From: Amoebidium appalachense
Lineage: Eukaryota > Protista > Ichthyosporea
Direction: 5' to 3'
Length of the DNA stretch: 64,000 bases
NCBI GenBank assembly: GCA_963693365.1
Contig: CAVNZM010000008.1
Span: forward strand, 7,884,830-7,948,829
Position numbers and translations under genes: made by a program. Position 1 is the first letter of the stretch. Every line of letters starts with the position of its first letter. The notes beneath the pieces were generated by a model. It did not search any database. It was given only the letters and a program-made list of their open reading frames with translations, and was not told where the DNA came from. Positions 1-43,772 of the stretch are shown here, piece by piece.

Positions 1-694
1 GTGAGCCTGGATTGTCTACTTATGGTTCATTTCGAAAAACGTTAGCGGGGGTCAGATCAGAAGTGGCGATAGGAGATTTGTTTGATGGGTTTCGGGGGAG
101 AGTGACGGGAACATGAAAGTGTAAGTGATGACTCTGAGTCAATCAAATGAGCTGTGTCCTTGTGTGCAAACTATATGGTGGCATTATTTCGTTGCTTTAT
201 GTCAATTGTTATTATAAGTTACGTAGTATACCAATAATATGTATGTATAGTACCCACCGAGCTATGGAAGTAGCATATCTGTGTGTGTCTTTAAATATAT
301 CTAATCAATATGGTCACGGCCCACGTGCAGAATTGTACGATGCTCTCCCGTGAATGTATGTATACGGCTAACTTGAAACACCAACCTTTTGAGCCTACGG
401 AAATCTTTTTAAATTGCCCCCCCCCTCCTCTTCGAGCTACCCCCCTTGAATTTTCCCCCCTTCTTTAAATAAGTCACCTGCCAACTTTTAACCTCTATGT
501 AATCTCCGACCCACAGGCAAGCACACACACTTCGGTACTATAACCCAGCATGCAAGTGCGTACATATACACATACACTGCTAGTGTATTTATCAATCACT
601 GATGTAGCATGCAACAAAACACATGCCATTGCAATCATTCACACGTCAGACCTAACGACCCACATGCAGGCGCATCGAGCCAGCTACTTGTCCT

Positions 695-861
<167 letters not shown>

Positions 862-1256
862 GGCAGGGCCCCAGCTGCGCAGGGAGCTTACAATGTTAGC
901 TGAGCCTCGCACATAAGATGCATCATAGTGGTATGCATGAACGGTCTAATAAGTGTAACTTGATTTTTTTCATGTATATCTTGTTGGGTGTAAGTACTCT
1001 TGGTCTTGGTGCCGACAACTCAACGCAGCTCACCTATATTTGTTAATTTGAACAGCACATCCCCCCCCCCTCTAATAATTAGACATATTGAATTTCGATA
1101 TCGATTTGGAGCCGCATGATCAGTTGCACTGCTTCTCGTGTCACAGTGCGTGCATGTGCCGGCTTACCATGATTTTTCGGTCAAACTTTAAAAAAAATAG
1201 GCTTGATTATTGCTAGCGCTAAAAAAAAAAAAAATACTCAGCTGCAGCCTGAATCA

Positions 1257-1299
<43 letters not shown>

Positions 1300-1354
1300 A
1301 CACACACACAAAAAAAAAAAAAAAAAATCTCCGTTCATCCAACCTGACGTATAT

Positions 1355-1390
<36 letters not shown>

Positions 1391-2969
1391 GCGCACACAT
1401 ACACACACACACACACGCGCGCGCGCGCATGTGCGCACGTACAAACACACACATGCAGACACACACCACGCACACCCACCCACACAGTGTCACACGCAGA
1501 CACGCAGTCACACACGCACACGTGCACACGTGCACACATGCACGCACGCACACACACCCGCATGCACAGAAGTGATCATTCGTGTCGCGGCCACTTCCAT
1601 CTCGCCGTTCACATTTTAAATCGTAATCGTGCGTAATCGAAGACAATCTGTGAGCCATTCTCGGTTTCCAAAATAGTACCAACCATTGATATGGTCGCTA
1701 TATTTAGCTCTCCCTGAAATCGATCCCTAGAGGGCCAATATAAATGACCAAACATGTCGTTGCCAAAGGCCCCCCGCCACAAAGAGACAGGACAGCCAAA
1801 GTGCACAACTGTCTTTTTCGTTCCATGTTTTTCGCTCGAATTCGTGATCTTCGTAACTTTTGTAGCCTGTAAATGCTTACAAGTACCTCAAAGTGAAGCT
1901 AATTAGAATAGCTAGAGGTAGCGCCAGTTGCTAACTAGTTGAGGGTTGATTTTAAGAAACGATTTTGGCAGGGTGATTATTCTTCTGGAAGCCAACCTCT
2001 TGCAGGTGAAGGAGTCACGGTTGGAGCAGTTTCAAGGAACGGAAGGGTGGTTTTTTGGGCGGGAATAGCTAAAATACATCTTCTGGATACCATTGTCACA
2101 CGGGTGAAAGGGTGCTTCTCACCTCTTCTGAAGTGAATAAAGGTAAAAATGCCTTCTTTTTTACTCATCTCGTTGCTGTTTCTCCAAGAATAGATGGGGT
2201 GTCCCTCCCTCAGGACAGCGGCATGCCCCCTTTACTTAAATCTCATACTTCCAGAGACTATTAAACCTTTTTGGTTCTATTCTTTGCTGTTTTTCAAGCT
2301 GCTTTTGGGCCCATTTCTCATCTTCTGGAGGCACGTCTGGTCCCTTATTGTATTTCAAAGATTTCGGGTTCGTGTCGGTTGTATGGGATTAAGTCTTGGC
2401 TTGCAGCGTACAAGGGCACTTAGGACTATGATTTCGTTTTCCGGTTTGTGAGTTGAACTTTTAGGGGGTAGAGATGGTTGAAACACACTAGATTTTAGAC
2501 CTCTTTGAGTAATGAGAAATGCTACTTCGTTGGAAAAAATTGAGTTACCGTACAGAATGAGAGAGAGAGGAATTCGGTAGGTGTGGGGAAAGTCCTTTAG
2601 GAATCGGAACGTTGCCGAAGTATTATGCAGCATCAATGCTTAAGTTCTCTCACTCATTCCCAAATCTTATTGACTCCGCATCAGACGAGGGAGAAAAAGA
2701 GGTTTTTTGGCCTGATCGCGGCTGGATCTCTATGTGAGAGTAGGTGGCGCATGTCTAGGCTAAATGGGCCTGCAGATGCACAGCTCTGTTATTATAAACA
2801 GTAAAAATAAGCGAATTTGCTTACCCACAATGCTTGTCTGCGGCCTTTCCCAGGTGTTCTTGTCAACAGCAGGCAACCATCATCTTGGCCACCCTTGGCC
2901 TCCCCCATTCGTCTAACTGAGATGACATGGGGAGTAATAAGCCAAGGGGGAGGTTAGGAGTGGGGAGGG

Positions 2970-20927
<17,958 letters not shown>

Positions 20928-21173
20928 CACGGATGAAATTTCAATCCTTGTTTCCAATGGACCCCGCTACCTTCAAACGACGGACTCTTTCTCGATGTAC
21001 TACTGCGAATGAACCCCCTGCAAAAAATCCCCCACCCCCGGTCGATTCGGACGATATTCAACGGATTCCTTCCTCCCACCAACGAAGTATGAAAACATAT
21101 GAAAGCTCTTCTTATTTATATCAAGTCATCTAAATTTCACATAATTTGTCCCTCGCCAAATATGAGTAGGATT

Positions 21174-21205
<32 letters not shown>

Positions 21206-21508
21206 TTATTCTCGTAAAATTTCTGCATCGCCCACCACCCCCCCCCCCCCCCCCCCCCCCTCCCCCCTCCCCCCCCCTGAAGAGCGCAGGAAAAGTACCT
21301 AGGCGAATGTCATTTTTGACGATCGATGGTGTGAATGCTTCGTAAACATCTTTATCCATAGCCATATGGTGATTCTGGTTTGTTGGCTCTTTCTTGGTGT
21401 GGTGGTGTGCGTTTTTTGGTGAATTGTGATATGAAAACACGGATATATTGCGGGGGATACGAAATGAACAGCAAACAATCACAGACACACGTGCACATGC
21501 GCGTTGGC

Positions 21509-21567
<59 letters not shown>

Positions 21568-21599
21568 CACACGCACACACACGCACACACATACACATT

Positions 21600-21633
<34 letters not shown>

Positions 21634-22197
21634 AACACACACATGCCCACGTGTGCGTGCCTGCGCACACATGCATCACAAACAGTTTATTCTGCCATCC
21701 GTATTAGCCTACACAAGCACGTATGCAAGGTACCGGTGCGGCTAGGAATGTTTTTTTTTTTGTATGTGTGTGTTGTGGGGTTTCTGGTATATATATTTTG
21801 GTGGATGTGGGGTTTAATAGTAAAATTTCGATTCAGGTATAAGGTGTGCAACAAATCATAGTTCTTTTGTACAAATTCTGAAAGGAACTCATGTAAAAGA
21901 AATAGTATGGTAACTATGCGGACTCTTGGGTTTCCTAAAAACATAAAATTATCACGCACATTATGATATGTAAGGTTCAGAGGTTTACGTAAATTATATA
22001 CCGGTCTGTGTTTTTGTGACGTAATTATGCGGCAATAAGGTAACATGTATCGAATACACAGCGACTGTGTGCATGTGCGGCGGTGCCGGTTTCCATATAT
22101 GGCAGGGCCATATGAGCGTGTGCTTACATAAACCAGTATATGTATAGCTGTAGTGATGTGGCATGGTACATGTTCTCCACAACCCTCCCCGCCCTTG

Positions 22198-22231
<34 letters not shown>

Positions 22232-22309
22232 GTCTCCAACCGCTCCCCCCTCCCCCTCCGGGCCCCACGGGCCCTCCCTTTTCTTCTTCTTTTTTTTTTT
22301 TTTTTTTTG

Positions 22310-22365
<56 letters not shown>

Positions 22366-22369
22366 ATGC

Positions 22370-22436
<67 letters not shown>

Positions 22437-23618
22437 TAACACGTGCGCACACTGTCCACACAGCGCCTTATGAGCTCAACGGCCATGGCCGGCCAAGCTC
22501 TGTGGAATGCTGACGTCATCTTTGCTCATTGATCCCCCAAGGTTGCTCTTGGGGGCTCATGGAAGCAGCTAAACTTGCTAATGCATATGTTTTCTTTTGA
22601 CTGGATTTATTCGACGGAATGATATGCAGTATGCACGGCATAATGAGAAGACAATAAAAACTTCACGAGTTATCCAGTAACAAGTGCATACTGAGATACC
22701 TGAACACTGTGTGAAAATCTTATAAATACTCAATGTGACGACCAACAGAATTCAACAAAAAGTCTAAAGTGTTCACATTGCCAGCTAGTGTAGCAGATAC
22801 CCGTAGGGAAAGAGGTAAAACGCAACATGTTAGCGGCAAAATTTATTAATTTATGCTGGATTTATGATTCAACCGATAGAGGTGAAAGTATACTTGTATG
22901 CACGACATAATTACGAGGCAAGGAAAAAAATCTACGAGTTAGCGATAAATAAGTTCAAAGCAATTGAAAGTTAAAGCCATCTCCTTCTCACAGCACTCGA
23001 TTTGAAATTTTGAGAGTAAAGTTTAGGGAGCTGGCAGCAAAGAGCCAGACAGTGACTACGGTACTGTGAAAGGGAAAAGACAAGGGTGCTGTTTTTCGCT
23101 TTAAACAATTGTTGTCTTTTCGATGTTTCTCGTTTTGTTATTTGTTCTCTTACTGTGTATTGTTAGCATTATACACTCATAACACAAGAACACACACACA
23201 CACACACAAAACACACACTCACAAACAAATTGTTGTGTACAATTTTTAGTGAATTCCGTTGACACAAGCACGACTCTCCCCCTCTCATGACCGTCAAAAC
23301 TGCTGCTTTCCAAACAATGACCTAATGACCTGTTCTTTGTTTTCCTGTTGTTTCGATGATATGAAATAATGCAGATAAGCAATAGATATTGCATAGTAGC
23401 GTTTTATTCCTAGCTACTTAACCCCCTAAAGTTGCTCCACAAAGCTTGGACACATGTCTTTCTAACTCTCAAAGCTTTTCAAAATACATGAAGTTGCCAA
23501 GAGCATTTTCTTTCTAGCCCCAAGATCCAGCTACACAGTTGCAGCGTTTTCAACGTGACCTTCACACATCTATACTCAATAACGCTCCCTCTCAAGCATC
23601 GCCATTTCACAACACAAC

Positions 23619-24074
23619 ATGGCTTCTCACACCTTAACAAATGTCGCTGATCTTGGTGATTGCGACGACGTTTGTTGTCCCATCTGCCTAGGGGAGTTTT
23701 CTCCTCGCTTCGTTGTTAGGACGTCGTGTGGCCATCGCTTCTGTGAGCCCTGCTTGGAGAAGCTTCTGCGCACGCGGGTAGGCGTTCATGCACCACATGA
23801 GCACGCATGCAAGCACCAAATGTTTTTGCATCCATGCACCTGGTCACGTATGCACGCATCCAAGCACCAATTGCTCATGCATCCATGTACCACTTAATCA
23901 CGCAGAGGGGGAAGGGCAGCACTATTTTTGTTTTGAAGTTTGTTCTTGGTATAATTGTAAGAGTATGAACGAACACACAGTGGAACCTGGATTGTTTTAT
24001 CTCAGTGCTAGACATATATATCTGAATCTCTACATGGATGTTCAGAGGTTTTCAGTTCTATGCATCCTTGCGCG

Positions 24075-24113
<39 letters not shown>

Positions 24114-25198
24114 CCCCGCCCCCTCCTGATGTTGGGCTCTGTTCGTTTCTTCCCCCCCCCCCACCCCCCCCCCCTTTTTTTCCCCCGGCTTCTGGTGTTG
24201 GTTTTTTTGTGACCCTTTGTGATGTCTACCCCTCCATAATTCCATCCTCGAGCTCTAATGCATACATCCCCCCCCGTCCCCAACACCACCGCCACCATCA
24301 CCACCACCATTTTTCCCCACGCTTTTCCCCTCCCTTTTTCTCTTTTCTTTCTTTCTCTTTTTTCTTCCTTTTTTTTTTGCAGCGGAGCGCCGGCTGCCCT
24401 GTGTGTCGTGCTGCGTTTGAAGAGTACGAAGGCACCCCAGCTCTCTTCTTGGCCGGAGACCAAATCTACTACAAAGGTACGTGATCATTCCCGCCCCCCA
24501 CCCCCCACCCCTTCCCCCCCGCCCCTCCCTCCTCCCCTTCCCCCCCCCCCCCTCCCCCTAACTTGGCCCCCCCGGAGGATGTTTTCTCTTTATCAGGCAT
24601 ACTTTTTTACGTGTGGTTTGCACTCTGCATTGTGGTGTCCGTCCTGACCGTGTGCTCCGTACTCTAAGACACATTCTAAACCCTCTCTTTGGCCTCCCGC
24701 TACTCCCAGAAAACGAAAAAGGAGCAGAAGAAAAGAAAACCGTTCGGGTCATTCGTTCTGTCTATCACTGGTGTTTTCCTTTTTCTGTCAACCCCCCAGT
24801 TATTTCGGATATTTGTCGTGCTCAAACAAAAAGGCGACTGGAAAAAAACAATCAGACAAGAAGAGGACGGGACTGGGTGGGGCACAGAGCAAGGCAGGGA
24901 AAAATAAAATCATATAAATCCAGCTTTAAGGGGGCCCGGGGAGGTTGGGGGGAGGGGGGGGATGTGGGCGAGAATGAACACGCATACCATAGATGCAGAT
25001 GGACAGGATTCCTTCTTCTTCTTCTTCTTCTTCCTTCTTTCTTTTTCCATCCATCCTTTTTTTTTCTTTTTGCCACACAGATGGGATTCCTTTTTTTCCC
25101 TTCTTCTCCTCCTCCTTCTTCTTTCTTCGTCGCCTTCTCAGGCGAGGTTCCTTTTTTTTTTTTTTTTTTTTCCCCTTCCTTTTTTTCTCTTTTTTTTC

Positions 25199-25266
<68 letters not shown>

Positions 25267-26613
25267 GGTGTTTTTTTTTTTTTTTTTGTTATTTTTTGGG
25301 GGGAAGGGGGGGTGGGGAGGGGGGGGGGGGGGGGGGGGTGGGGACGGACTCTCACCACAAGTAAACGCAAAGCACACAAGTTGAAAGGAAAAGAAATGGT
25401 TTTATGAAACACTATGAAAGTAGAACAGAAATTTGCCGGGCAACATGTGTGGAATACTTGCGTGGTCCTGACTGGATATACGCACAGGGGCCAGTGGTGT
25501 CAAGTTTGCAGAGCACCATGGGATATATATTGGAGATAACACCGTGGTAAGTGTGTGTGGGGGGGGGGGGGGGGGGGGGGATTTAGTTGCGGGTACAAAA
25601 ATGTGAAAAAATGTGATGCTTGTGTATGCAGTGCGTGGTGGTTGGTGCACTTGGAGTGGGATATTCGAATCGTTTTGTGTTTCAAAATTTCCATGTTGCC
25701 GTTTTCGAGTTTTTTTTAATTTTTTTTTAAATTTTTTTTAAATTTTTTATTATTTTTTATTATTATCTGGTGCCTTCAAACGGGCTTCAAATGTTATGTT
25801 TAAGCGCGTTCGGCAAACCACTTTCGAGTATCACTGCCGCTGTTTCCTTGATATACCTTAGACTAGATATATTCGTATATCCTGTGCTCATACCACCCCC
25901 CCTTCCAGGCGCACCTTGCCAACGGGGAGAGTCTGACGTCATCGCAGGCCATCCCGGCCACCAGCGGCCTCATAGGCATGGACAATGCACAGGTATTAAT
26001 CACGGCAATAAGCACTAATTTAAAAACCCTTTAAAAATCTTAGCTGTGCAGAGAAATTAGCTGTCTAGTCTCGTGGGCTCGACATAGGAAAGAATACCTA
26101 CATACTACACCCCCTTCCTCCCCCATCCCCTCTCCGCTTCGTCTTCCTCTATCCTTTTTCGAGGCTGTCTCTGTTTCTCTCCTTACCCCCATGGCGTGTG
26201 ACTGATCGGAATGGGGCCTGTAGGTTACCAGAAAACATTTCTATTCTACTAGGAAAGGTGTGTTGTTTGTGGCCCTCGGCAAGGCATGTAGTGTATATAT
26301 ATCCTTATTCTTCAAAGTTGTGTGTTTATTACATTATACTATAGGCCTGCAGCCAAGTTGTATCAGGTAGGACACACTTTTGTATGATTGACATCATCGG
26401 AACTCACGTAAGGAAAAGAGGGTCTTTTTTTTTTTTTTTTTTTTTTTTTGCCCCACTCAATTAATGCAATTTTTTTGCATTTTTCATTTGTACCTAAATG
26501 AGGCAACAGTGTGCCTCTGGGTCCGCGCCTGATGAGTAGTTAGGTAAGAAATTGTTTTTTTCTTTTTGTGCCCACTAGTGGCATGGCGGTTTCCTTTTGT
26601 TTCCGGACAAGGC

Positions 26614-26656
<43 letters not shown>

Positions 26657-26855
26657 CCCCTCCCCAAATAAGGCAAAGTTGTTGCTCATTGGTACACTCT
26701 TGTGCCCAAATATGGGAATTGTGTTGACGCATTGTCCTTCGAACAGGTAACTACATGCACCCTAGAGCAGTTTCTGGAGACTGCACGCAGCAAGCAGTCA
26801 CGTGTGTACGTGCGCCATTACAGGCCGGGCCAGTGCTTTGAACCGGCGGCTACAG

Positions 26856-26934
<79 letters not shown>

Positions 26935-28026
26935 CGCGCGTGTGTATGTTTGTGGGTGTACGTGTGTGTGTGATGTGTGCGTGTGATGTGTGTTACGTGT
27001 GGGTCTGTGTACGTGTTTGTGTGTGTATGTGTGTGTACGTGCTTGTGTGTGTGTACGTACGTGTGTCTGTGGACGTGTGCATGTTTGTGTGTGCGTGTGT
27101 GTGCGTATATAAGAGCGTCTGTGTGTGTGTGGGTGTACGTGTGGGTGTACGTATGTGTATGCCCGTGTGTGCACGTGTGTACGACGCCCTGTACACCCAA
27201 CTTATATCTCGATAAACAACCAATCAACTCGTGCTCCGTTATCGAAATATCTGACCCATATTCCGCGGAACTATCCATCCGACATTTATCTCGACAAACC
27301 TGTCCAAACTTGCCGTAGCAAGAGCAGAAGAAGGAACCCTCGGTTTTTGTTAGAGGAAAATAGCTGTTCTCTCAACTACTTTATTCACATCTTGTTGCAG
27401 ATGCAGGGAGAACAATCCAACTGTCCAAGTGATATTCTGACAGAACTATCCAACTCCTATCTCGTCAAACCCATACATCTCAAGCATTATTCTAGAAATA
27501 TCCAACTTGTTCGTATAGAAGTTACCAACTCGTGTATCTTTTTGGAACTATCCAACTGATAAATCTTTATATCCCGCCATGCAGTTATCCACCGTGCACG
27601 TGAGCACATAGGTGTGCCCTATGAGGACTACTCTGTGCTCTACAACAACTGTGAACACTGGGCTGTATTTATAAAGACGGGTACGTAAAACCCCCTTAAA
27701 CCCAAACACACACACAAAACATGCATGCATTTACATGCGCGCACACACACGCACGAACACATGCACGCACTCGCACACACACACACAAGTCCGGGGGTGC
27801 ACACACACATCTTTCACACCCGCATTTGGTTTGGTGTCTGTTTGTGTTTTTGTTTTTGTGGTTTCTCTAACACATACACATACACACACATCCACATATG
27901 TATGTGCATGCACCCACACATATGCATTGTCCTTGCTTTTTTGTGGAGTATTATTGCCGTTTGTGCCACCGTATTTGCCATCCCTTGATTCATATAACCC
28001 CCCCCCCCCCCCCCCCTCCCTCCCCC

Positions 28027-28057
<31 letters not shown>

Positions 28058-28357
28058 AAAAAAAAAAAAAAAGAGAGAGAGAAACGAAGGGGAAAAAAAA
28101 AAAAAGAAACCATACCCCCCCCCACCCCAACCCCCCACCCCCCACCTACCCCTTCGTGTACTTTCCCCTATGTCTTTTGGTATCTCCGCGGTTGCTTTAT
28201 GACAGCTTCTGGTGTTCTGCCTTGTTGCATGGCTTTTGTCTCCCCTTCCCCCTCCCTCCCTTCCCCCCCCCTCCCTCCCCCGTTTCCCCAATGCTAATAT
28301 GTTCTTGTTGTGCACATCATCAGCTCTCTGCGGCTAACTGCACCCGCCCTCTTATAT

Positions 28358-28439
<82 letters not shown>

Positions 28440-28587
28440 CCACGCACCCACGCACCCACGCGCACGCACGCACGCTGGCATGCACGCACACACACGCACA
28501 CACATTCAAACATGCACGTGTGTGTGCCACTACGTGCACACACACCTACACGCGCACTTATGTACACACGCGCGCGCGCACCTATCC

Positions 28588-28638
<51 letters not shown>

Positions 28639-28860
28639 ACACGTACACAGGCCGCCGCTACAGCCAACAGACAGCCAACGCGATGGCGGGGGTCGGGGCC
28701 GTTTTGGGAGCCATGGCAATGGGGCCGGTGGGGGTTTTACTAGGTGGGGTGGGGGGGTTTTTGATGAGCGACAGAGAGGTGGCCTCGCAGGTTAAGGGGG
28801 TCATTACTGCGTCTGCACAGGCGGTTGCGGCTCAGATTAGGGGGGGGGCCTGTGCGATAG
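23619..28860 (+). CDS. C3HC4 RING finger + LRAT/PLAAT (permuted NlpC/P60) domain protein with C-terminal Gly-rich hydrophobic segment
   Basis: Phase-consistent exons 23619-23777, 24383-24476, 25488-25546, 25909-25992, 26747-26855, 27585-27680, 28651-~28860. RING: CPIC...CGHRFCEPC...CPVC. LRAT motifs: EHHGIYIGDNTVAH, LEQF, VIHRAREHIG, YSVLYNNCEHWA. Tail: AGVGAVLGAMAMGPVGVLLGGVGG. The 3' end is uncertain because of a G run before the candidate stop/donor. Confidence 0.85.
24570..24681 (+). repeat. Structured repeat, subfamily B 3' fragment (diverged) in RING-LRAT intron
   Basis: ggaggatg...gcatact...gtgtggtttgcactctgcattgtggtgtccgt...cgtactc...cattctaaaccc. Confidence 0.6.
27195..27560. repeat. 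Degenerate minisatellite (aactatccaact / tatctcg..aaac motifs)
   Basis: Recurrent aactatcca, atccaact, ccaactcgtg and tatctcg(a/t)(t/c)aaac words at irregular spacing of a few tens of nt. Confidence 0.5.
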
Positions 28861-28903
28861 TGTGTGTGTGTGTGCATGTGTGTGTGTGCGTTTGTGTGTT
28901 TGT

Positions 28904-28940
<37 letters not shown>

Positions 28941-29680
28941 CGGGGTGGGGGGGGGTGTCCATGTATGAGGTGGGTGTGTGTGTGTGTTTTTCAACCTACT
29001 TAGTGAGTGGTGAATTTTTCCCTGCGACGAGGGATTTAACATTAAGATAATTATGATTGGTTTCTTTCGACACGAACCTGAAACATATTCGGGAAAATAT
29101 AACGAACATGATTGTAATAGATCCTTCAATTATATTATGTCAATTTTTCTGACAATGTCAAAATATGTAAGTACATAGTTGTAAATGTGCATGTTGATTC
29201 ATACATATCTATGGATTTCCTTCACATTTTCATTATAATTGAAATTTATCTTTTGACCGCGGTACTTGCTAGCTTTCGTTGCAAGATTTACAAATTTGAC
29301 CTCTGTGACCCATAAACAACCACATATAATTACGTACATTAAAAAGGACGCGCACATCGATATCAATAAATTTGCATGCATGTAGGATAGTGTGGCGGTA
29401 GTGGTGGTGGTACGGTGGTGGTGTGTGCGTACGTGTGTAGCGGGAGGGGGAGGGGGGGGGGGGGGGGGGGGGGGGGGTTATTAACCAACTGCATTGAGTA
29501 ATCAATATACCTGGCTTTGGATTCCCATACGTGTTAAAACCCGAAAAAAGCCAATAAAACCATGTATAGAGTCAATGGCAATGGTGAGCAAAGTGTGCGG
29601 TGTGAGTTGAAGACTATCAGGCTGTATACCAAGACCGATGATCTCCCGGCCCTTATTTCTTTTTCCCATATATGCATGCA

Positions 29681-29723
<43 letters not shown>

Positions 29724-31153
29724 CCCCCCCCTCCCTCTCTCTCTCCCTTTCCCCCCCAAACCACGTCCACCCACGGCCCTCCCCTCAAAGATCTCTTATG
29801 TAGCTAAGAAATGAAAAACAAAAAAGAATAAAAGAAATAAGAAACAAAGGAAAAATTGACAATTATCTGATCACACCCAGTGGCTGCCTATAGTATAAGC
29901 TCAGGCCTCCAACACTCCCAAATATATAATGATATATCTCATACCATCGAATTCGAACCTTGTTTGATTCAGAACGCATTTGCCTTATCATCAACTTTTT
30001 CCTTCCATGAAGATGGCGCGAGCATGCATAAATGCACATGATATTTGCAGTCAGGACGGATGTGTATGTATACACATTACGCATACCGTGGGCCTGTGCG
30101 GTAGTGTGTATGCGTTTGTGTGTGTGTGTGGGGGGGGGGGGGGGGGGGGGGTTGTTCATGCATATGTATGAGGTGTGTGTGTGTGTGTAACAGTTTTTCA
30201 ACGTGTACAAGTGCACAACTTCGCTATAGTACTAACATTAGTAAACGTGCGTGCAAAAAAACACACTGTGCGTGGTTGTGTTGTGTTCAATTTCGAGGGG
30301 ATGTCACATGATGGTGTATACAGTAGTAACTGAGGAAATGCATCGATCGATTCCGTCTGCGCATGCAGGGAGACACACAAGACACACACGTACGCATGTG
30401 CACAGGTGGACACACACACGTACGGGGGCCGGCAACCCCACAGTCACCCACACCCATACAGCCTCCTCCCCCCTCCCCCCCTCCCCCCGCGGTTTTTTTG
30501 TCTCCCTCCACATCAATATGATCTCGTTTTCTAGCTCTGTATATGGTTGGGTGGAAGCACATACTGTTGGCTTCGTGCCGGCACCTCATAAACAGCCTTA
30601 AATCTAGGTCAATTATAAATGAACAGCACATGTCTCTCAAGTAACTAATACATACACACACACACACACACAAGTGCACAAGCATATAACTCAATGACAC
30701 ACAGCACACCGCACACAACTCTTTTTGGGAAAGCCCTGGCTTCCCGTGTAAAGTGACACATGTATATATTATTCGCACCTGTCGAGTGAAAAAGGGATAG
30801 TAGTGTTAGATTACCACACAGCTTGTATAATACATTCCTTACATTGCCCAACACGAACTTTGTCGACAGAAGCCTGCTCATTTGACACCAACATCACAAA
30901 ACCCGAATATCTCTGTATCCCCCATCTCCAAGTATTCAAGGAAAGCAAAAAAAGGAAAGAAGCGAGCCCGCAGTCAAAAGAAGAGGCAGAGTCACCACAG
31001 GGTACTCTACACACACACCCACCCACCCACACCCACACCACAGTGTGATATGGAGCGTTCCCAACTGTTCAACCATGAATGCACAGGGAATCTATATTAT
31101 ACAAATGTCAAACATGTAACCCTTTCGCACCAAACACATCATTATTCCACACG

Positions 31154-31186
<33 letters not shown>

Positions 31187-31318
31187 ACCTTCCACCCCAA
31201 ACTCTCCAGAGCGACCACTTCACCACTCCACAACCTAGTAACTATTAACTCTCGATAAAAAAGATTAACGAATATTCCATTTAAATTTTAAAGCACATAA
31301 ATGATTGGTGCAGTATCA

Positions 31319-39576
<8,258 letters not shown>

Positions 39577-40080
39577 CTTCCCCACACCTGGTATTGCTGT
39601 GGTTGGTGTTCGTCAGATGGGATACGTTTAACTTTTAACACAACAAGATATGTGCGAAAAGCATGCAACACCTTTTCAAGATGTAAAGTAAACGATGTGG
39701 GAAAGACAATATAAAACAAGCCTCATCATCAGAATACGCTCAAGTTAATTGGAAACAGCTGTGTTGAAAGATTTGCGGAAACTCGCACAGCTGCGGGCGT
39801 ACAAAATCAGTAGCAGCCTAAATTACATAACCGTAAAGACTCTTTGCCAGCACAACCCACTAGGCTCCTCTTGACATCACGCTACAACTACTCCAACAAC
39901 TACTTCCCTAGAACCCCGCCTTTCGCTAACTATTGATAAGTTAATGGCAAGGCTTTAGAACCTTACTTTTTCTACTTGAAAATTTCCTGAGATGTGCTTT
40001 TCCCTCCCCTCTTTCGTCTGTCTGTCTGTTCTCTTTATGTAACGGTGACTGAAAGCCTAAAACGGAAGGACCTGCAGGAG

Positions 40081-40160
40081 ATTTTGAACTTTGGCGCGAT
40101 TTGGATTAAACCATTATGATTGGTTTGTAAAAATAACTTGTGACGTCAAAATGACGCAAG
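40081..40160. promoter_or_regulatory. Motif cluster in divergent TACC / mS37 promoter: TTTGAA (CHR-like), TTTGGCGC (E2F), ATTGG (CCAAT), TGACGTCA (CRE)
   Basis: Exact words at 40083-40088, 40090-40097, 40119-40123 and 40141-40148 in an SSR-free ~0.9 kb between head-to-head start codons. Confidence 0.4.
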
Positions 40161-40498
40161 TAGTCACGGAGCTGGCATGCATGCATGCGCTGCGCGCTTG
40201 TGTTCAAGGAAACCAGTCACGATCGACAGTCCTCCTGCACAATTTCATTCATGTTGTCCTCCATTCCTTTAGCCTAACAACGGGGGAAGTAAATACTAGT
40301 TTACAGCTCTCGGATAAGAGAAACTTAGGGCGCGCTGACGCTGTAACGTTGCATAAAAACACCACAACTTGACACAGCCAAAACATAGTGTCCCTGCCTT
40401 CGATGGTAAGGGGAACAATCCACAAACCAAAGACACCTCCTTTAAAAGGGTGCTAGACTGTTGAATACAAGCATATAAATTTATATCTATATAAGAAA

Positions 40499-43772
<3,274 letters not shown>

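Noticed and set aside
1900-2740. SSR-free stretch with short minus-strand ORFs (e.g. 2355-2636)
   Set aside because: No recognisable motif and stops in all frames; cannot be called a gene or transposon from sequence alone.
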